A DNA stretch of 11,044 nt from an uncultured Eubacteriales bacterium (GTDB lineage Bacteria; Bacillota; Clostridia; Christensenellales; CAG-314): assembly GCA_900546875.1 (NCBI GenBank), contig URET01000038.1, forward strand, positions 1 to 11,044. The letters run 5' to 3'. Positions within the stretch are counted from its first letter, which is position 1. Each line of letters opens with the position of its first letter. The translations under genes and the position numbers were made by a program. Positions 7,380-11,044 of this stretch are shown piece by piece. Under the pieces are notes generated by a model. That model saw nothing but the letters and a program-made list of their open reading frames with translations. It was not told the DNA's origin and searched no databases.

Positions 7380-8069
7380 TTATAGTTCGGTCAAAACACC
7401 ACCGTTGAATCCGTATATGTTTTCTTTTTTGAATCCGTATAAAGACCAAGGCAAACTGATATGCGGTTCAAAAGTAAACGCTTCGACAGCGGACAGTTTT
7501 TCCGTGTTTCCTTTTTCGATGTAGATACGGTGTCTTTTATTCTTAACTATGGAATGACCCAAGTTTCCAAGAAAATCAAGGTTGACATACCCACGAGCTT
7601 TGATCTGATCGTTTATGTAGTAGAACAGCTCCTCAAAAGTTGTGTTCTCATTCACGAAACCAAGCATAGCTTCGTGCAGATAGGCTTCCATTTTGAGACC
7701 GTTTCGCCATTCATCATTCTGTATTTGCTCTATGTCTTTGACGATTTTTCCGTTTTCTACGATCAGCGTTCTGGCGTAGTCGCCCCAAATGCAGTTGTTT
7801 TGCGGGCTTAAATCTATTGTGATAATATCGTTTGACTCAATTATGTGGTCATCTGTTTTATACTCACGACCGGATACCGATACAGCGGTCTTTTCACCGG
7901 CGAAAACAAAAGCACCCACATCCCAATACCAAAAGGAAACCGCACCATGGGAAAGCATATATTCCTCACACAGTTGGCGAAGCTCAACAAGCGTCATGCC
8001 GGGCACAATAACTGTTGAAGCATATTCAATGGTGGCTCGGTTCAAATTTTGCATTTCGTGAATAGTCAT
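7380..8069 (-). CDS. M24-family (pita-bread fold, methionine-aminopeptidase-like) metallopeptidase, ~229 aa
   Basis: Alignable by eye to the MetAP core: PGMTLVELRQLCEEYMLSHGA corresponds to PGVSTGELDRICNDYIV. The two metal Asp are 11 residues apart in DIITIDLSPQNNCIWGDYARTL, followed by GHSIV (His), FTFEPHI (Glu) and a C-terminal Glu. The start is taken as ATG 8067-8069, preceded by RBS GGAG. Its ATG overlaps the TGA of the upstream Cys-rich frame (TGATG). Confidence 0.6.
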   Translation of the reverse strand: MTIHEMQNLNRATIEYASTVIVPGMTLVELRQLCEEYMLSHGAVSFWYWDVGAFVFAGEKTAVSVSGREYKTDDHIIESNDIITIDLSPQNNCIWGDYARTLIVENGKIVKDIEQIQNDEWRNGLKMEAYLHEAMLGFVNENTTFEELFYYINDQIKARGYVNLDFLGNLGHSIVKNKRHRIYIEKGNTEKLSAVEAFTFEPHISLPWSLYGFKKENIYGFNGGVLTEL

Positions 8070-8404
8070 CACTTATTCTCCAGTTGGTTGCACTTGTTTA
8101 CATACTTTGCTTGGTAATCCGAAATTTCTTTGCAAGGGTATTCCGAGCATTTAGCGCAAGCATCTGCACTTCGCTCAATGCAACACTTTTTGAATGGACA
8201 CTCTTTGCACAATTCAAATACGTTTTTTGATCTGCCACCGTCGCAGCAGGATTTTTCAAGAGGAATGTCAAGACCAAAGCTCTCTTTATAAAAACTCTGA
8301 GTCTGTCTGCGCAGGTCATCATTATTGGTTTGCGTTGCAATATAGGTAACACACTTTGAACAATCATGACCACAGTAACACGGCTTCCTGCCCGGTGATA
8401 GGGT
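8069..8404 (-). CDS. Cys-rich small protein frame (DUF3795-like: CYCGHDCSKC ... CKECPFKKCC ... CAKCSEYPC) with no canonical start codon; a possible pseudogene or mis-sequenced gene. It is in a different frame from the track's ORF 8098-8373.
   Basis: The stop-to-stop open frame (111 codons) translates to TLSPGRKPCYCGHDCSKCVTYIATQTNNDDLRRQTQSFYKESFGLDIPLEKSCCDGGRSKNVFELCKECPFKKCCIERSADACAKCSEYPCKEISDYQAKYVNKCNQLENK*. Its TGA (8069-8071) overlaps the ATG of the M24 gene, the composition is protein-like and the Cys spacing is conserved-looking, but there is no ATG/GTG anywhere in the frame (one in-frame TTG, without an RBS). A TAA lies 8 codons before the first Cys. Confidence 0.35.
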   Translation of the reverse strand, partial: TLSPGRKPCYCGHDCSKCVTYIATQTNNDDLRRQTQSFYKESFGLDIPLEKSCCDGGRSKNVFELCKECPFKKCCIERSADACAKCSEYPCKEISDYQAKYVNKCNQLENK

Positions 8405-8663
8405 TTATTTTGTTTTCCGGAAGATAATCAAACTCTGTAGATCATTTCTCAGCTTTCGATACTTAATCCGGTATATATCTCGTATATATCTCGCCGTTTT
8501 CACTTTCAATTGCACATACCATATGATGTGCATGTATAAAAGGAGAAACATCCTGAGGAGCATACTGTTCTTTTGCTTTGTAACAGAGTTTTTCCCGAAT
8601 ATCCGTATAACTTTCGTTTTCGGTTTTTATAGTTTTTGTCCATGACCGGCAGACGGAAAGCGT

Positions 8664-9263
8664 TCATACCTTCTGACTGTCGGAATTGCGGTTTATCCAG
8701 CCGAGTTCGACACGTACTTCCTTATTTTCTATATCATGGTTTGAGTAACAGTAAGCGTCAAAGCCCGCAAGACGGAATCCCTGACTCAAATAGAAATCTA
8801 TGGCGTTTACATTGCAGGATTGCGTTTCGAGTATGATCATACGGAAGCCGTGCTTTACGGCGTACTCTTTAGCTTTGTCCATAAGAGCTTTTCCGCGTCC
8901 GCGTTTACGGTACTTTTCCGAACACCACAGTTCCGTTACTCTGAGCCTGTCTGACCATTTTTCGGGATAAATTTCTATTGCGCCCGTAAGAGAGCCTTCG
9001 TCGAAGATCCCGTAAGCCGAAGCGCCCGGCCAATGGGGGGCGAAAAGTCTGTCAGGGTAATCGTAAGCTTCCGGCGAGTGCTTTACGGGAACGGAAAAAG
9101 CTTTTCTTTCAAATACAGCCGTAAATCCGGAAGTATCCGCTTTTATTTTTACGTCGTAATATTCGGAGGAGGTATATTCCACGGGAAGAATGAATCCCTT
9201 CCATTCCGACTTTTTGAGCCTCACGATCGACGGCTTCTTATTTTTTGCTTCGGGTGTGCACAT
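8664..9263 (-). CDS. GNAT-family N-acetyltransferase, streptothricin-acetyltransferase (SatA/STAT)-like, 199 aa
   Basis: Acetyl-CoA binding motif RKRGRGKALMDKAKEYA. The C-terminal block MIILETQSCNVNAIDFYLSQGFRLAGFDAYCYSN closely resembles the LETQ..N..A..FY...GF.L.G.D..Y signature of streptothricin acetyltransferases (recalled). Strong RBS AAGGAG lies 8 nt before ATG 9263. Confidence 0.7.
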   Translation of the reverse strand: MCTPEAKNKKPSIVRLKKSEWKGFILPVEYTSSEYYDVKIKADTSGFTAVFERKAFSVPVKHSPEAYDYPDRLFAPHWPGASAYGIFDEGSLTGAIEIYPEKWSDRLRVTELWCSEKYRKRGRGKALMDKAKEYAVKHGFRMIILETQSCNVNAIDFYLSQGFRLAGFDAYCYSNHDIENKEVRVELGWINRNSDSQKV

Positions 9264-9298
9264 GATATGCTGATCTCCTTGTACTGACGTTTATGTCA

Positions 9299-10489
9299 TT
9301 ATCCTATGATGGCAAGGGCGGCGTAACCCGTTCCGATCAGCACAGCCAGAAACCCGAAATTTATCAGCAGGAAAATACCGATATATTTTTTTATGTTTTC
9401 AGGCTGTACGGCGTTGAAGGAACGTAGAGTTATCAGACTTGCAAGAGACGCTATGGGAGTTCCGAGTCCTCCGATATTCACGGCGATAAGCAGACCGGCG
9501 TAGTCCTGAGTGAACTTTGAAAGCAAAACGGCGGAAGGCACGTTGGAAATAAGCTGACAAGAAAGTACGCTGAAAAGGAGCGCGTCTTCACTGATGAGCT
9601 TGCTGAAAAAATCTCTTACCGCGTCTATGCGAGCCATGTTGCCCGAGAAAATAAAAAATGCACAGAATGTGAGCAGGAGAGAGTAGTCTACTCTTAGGAG
9701 GGACTTGTAATCGAATACGATGAGCGATAGGGTTACGGCGATCAATCCCCAGTAGTAATCGAACACCCGGAAGACGATAAGTATCGAAAGCGCGAAAAGT
9801 ACCGAGTAAACGATCATGCGCCAGACGGCAGGACGTTTTTCGGGAGCGGATCTGAGTTCTATGGGAGTAGGTTTCACAAAAAGACATACCGAAAGAATAA
9901 GAACAAAAGCTACGGCAAAAGGAAGAGCCATAATCTTAAAGAATTCCGCAGCCGGGATACTGAAGAAAGAATAAAGATAAAGATTCTGAGGATTGCCGAA
10001 GGGGGTCAGCATGCCGCCGAGGTTGGCAGCCACATTCTGCATAACGAAAGTCAGGGCAGTCAGCTTACGTTCTCCGCACATGCTCAGGGCGAAAAAGCCG
10101 AGAGGAAGGAATGTGATAAGAGCCATATCGTTGGCCATTATCATAGAACCGAAATATGTAATGAAAACCAGCGCCAGAACGAGATTGCGTTTGGTTTTGA
10201 AGCGGCGTATTATGACGTTTGCAAGCCATTCGAAAAATTTGATGTTTTTGAAAGCCGCGACTACCGCAAGTGTACAGAAAAGACACGTAAGAGTTCCGAG
10301 GTCGAAATAACCTGCGTACTGATCGTCGAAGGGTACGAAAACGCACGTTACGGCAGCCGCAACTACTGCAATAAGAAGCACTATGTTATTTTTCAGTACC
10401 CCGATAAAAATAGCCTTAGTTATTCTTTTTTTCAGTGCGCCGTGCATGTGTTTGACGTTTTGGACCGGCGATTGTTCCTGTTCTTCCAT
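9299..10489 (-). CDS. Polytopic anion permease of the ArsB/NhaD (citrate-transporter-like, YbiR-type) superfamily, 396 aa. The start was moved from GTG 10570 to ATG 10489.
   Basis: About 10-12 hydrophobic helices and a TPFGNPQNLYL motif typical of ArsB/NhaD-type permeases. The GTG at 10570 would sit upstream of the predicted promoter -10, whereas ATG 10489 (MEEQEQSPV...) lies ~30 nt downstream of it with an AAGGGA RBS-like sequence. Confidence 0.75.
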   Translation of the reverse strand: MEEQEQSPVQNVKHMHGALKKRITKAIFIGVLKNNIVLLIAVVAAAVTCVFVPFDDQYAGYFDLGTLTCLFCTLAVVAAFKNIKFFEWLANVIIRRFKTKRNLVLALVFITYFGSMIMANDMALITFLPLGFFALSMCGERKLTALTFVMQNVAANLGGMLTPFGNPQNLYLYSFFSIPAAEFFKIMALPFAVAFVLILSVCLFVKPTPIELRSAPEKRPAVWRMIVYSVLFALSILIVFRVFDYYWGLIAVTLSLIVFDYKSLLRVDYSLLLTFCAFFIFSGNMARIDAVRDFFSKLISEDALLFSVLSCQLISNVPSAVLLSKFTQDYAGLLIAVNIGGLGTPIASLASLITLRSFNAVQPENIKKYIGIFLLINFGFLAVLIGTGYAALAIIG

Positions 10490-10520
10490 AAAATTATCCC
10501 TTTGATGATTTAACTGATAA

Positions 10521-10549
10521 AGTATAACTCCCCTGATCGCATCCGTCAA
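10521..10549 (-). promoter_or_regulatory. Sigma-A-type promoter of the minus-strand operon: -35 TTGACG (complement of 10544-10549), 17-bp spacer, -10 TATACT (complement of 10521-10526)
   Basis: The minus strand reads 'ccggaagTTGACGgatgcgatcaggggagtTATACTttatcag'. Spacing is exactly 17. It is the only promoter-like element upstream of seven co-oriented, tightly spaced genes. Confidence 0.55.
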
Positions 10550-10744
10550 CTTCCGGAAGGGCGCCCTCACGCTTTCCTGCAGGGTTTTCGGCTTTTTTTC
10601 AGGATACTAAAAGACTTAAAACTTACTTACGGAAAACCACCGGAAAATCTGCCCGCTTTCATTGGGGAACCGAAAGCGTCTGCAGACGTTTCTTGAGCGG
10701 AAACAGTGCCGTCAGGAAGAGGAAACTGTTTTCCGTGCTTCAAA

Positions 10745-11044
10745 CACGTGCCTTGTCTTCCCGGGGCCGCAAACGTGTCTCGCTTTTCCGGGCTTCGTAA
10801 GCGTGCCTTGTCTTCCCGGCTTCGTAAGCGTGTCTCGCTTTTCCGGGCTTCGTAGCGTGCCTTGTCTTCCCGGGCTCCGCAAGCGTGTCTCGTTTTCCCG
10901 GGCTTCGCAAACGTGCCTCGCTTTTCCGGGCTTCGTAAACGTGTTTCGCTTTTTCGGGCTCCGTAAACGTGTCTCGCTTTCCCGAATTACGTAGGCAGGT
11001 CTCGTTTTCCCGGGCTTCGCAAACGTGTTTCGCTTTTCCGGGCT
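10745..11044. repeat. Tandem array of at least 11 units of a 27-28-bp repeat (consensus ~cgtgtctcgcttttccgggcttcgtaag, alternating with a variant cgtgccttgtcttcccggcttcgtaag), running off the right edge of the window
   Basis: The 'cgtg' landmark recurs at 10747, 10774, 10802, 10829, 10856, 10884, 10912, 10940, 10968, (10996 variant) and 11024, giving a period of 27-28 bp. Most units contain the hairpin AAGCG-tgtct-CGCTT followed by TT(T)TCC. There are no unique spacers, so this is not CRISPR. Confidence 0.9.

Noticed and set aside
8098-8373. Track ORF of 91 aa (MVMIVQSVLPILQRK...)
   Set aside because: It has nondescript composition, no RBS, and an overlapping alternative frame that is far more protein-like and is stop/start-coupled to the downstream gene. 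It is probably a shadow frame.
5723-10310. Plus-strand ORFs antisense to the minus-strand operon (5723-5938, 6823-7086, 7007-7234, 7312-7524, 7461-7811, 7789-8061, 8636-8836, 9033-9287, 9993-10310) and nested minus-strand ORFs 5940-6239, 9588-9887 and 10065-10346
   Set aside because: They are embedded in or antisense to better-supported genes and have no translational signals.
10490-10570. GTG 10570 as the start of the permease gene
   Set aside because: It would place the start codon upstream of the only good promoter (-10 at 10521-10526). ATG 10489 is downstream of the promoter and begins the hydrophilic N-terminus typical of such permeases.
10662-10994. 110-aa plus-strand ORF with a repetitive PGFVSV / CLPG peptide
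   Set aside because: It lies wholly inside the 28-bp tandem array. A period of 28 is not a multiple of 3, so the apparent peptide repeat is a frame-cycling artefact. It has no RBS.
10745-11044. Possibility that the 28-bp repeat array is a CRISPR locus
   Set aside because: The repeats are directly contiguous with no unique spacers, the unit is degenerate and alternating, and no cas genes are adjacent.

Overview
The window looks like low-GC Firmicutes (Clostridia-like) chromosome, judged from codon usage, AGGAGG-type ribosome-binding sites (RBS) and a yuaF/floT-like gene pair. The plus strand carries three confidently identifiable genes. (1) An M3B oligoendopeptidase F (pepF, 587-2371) sits between a near-consensus sigma-A promoter and a clean rho-independent terminator, and has a 26-codon upstream ORF in its leader. 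(2) and (3) An NfeD-like membrane/OB-fold protein (2643-3281) and an SPFH/flotillin (FloT-like, 3404-4867) form a two-gene module with its own TTGACA-17-TAAAAT promoter and a terminator at 4908-4937.

The minus strand carries what looks like a single tightly packed operon (10549 down to 5698) driven by a TTGACG-17-TATACT promoter. In order it encodes an ArsB/NhaD-type anion permease, a streptothricin-acetyltransferase-like GNAT, ~600 bp of decayed or mis-framed coding sequence, an M24 pita-bread metallopeptidase, a PurN-type formyltransferase interrupted by a +1 frameshift in a T8/A8 run, and an AlkZ/YcaQ (HTH_42, DUF1006) winged-helix DNA glycosylase-like protein. The decayed stretch includes a Cys-rich DUF3795-like frame with no start codon, whose TGA overlaps the ATG of the next gene. 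The glycosylase-like protein carries the AlkZ-type Q-x-Q motif. This gene combination is not a described system and reads as a candidate xenobiotic/genotoxin self-protection cassette.

Three tandem-repeat regions are not explained by genes. A 134-bp x ~2 repeat with promoter-like TTGACA sub-motifs lies at the left edge. A perfect 3 x 40-bp tandem repeat lies inside an 830-bp ORF-free convergent intergenic region. An array of at least 11 units of a 28-bp hairpin-containing repeat (not CRISPR) runs off the right edge.

Several ORFs in the supplied track are spurious antisense or wrong-frame calls. Two start codons were moved to the RBS-supported ATG.
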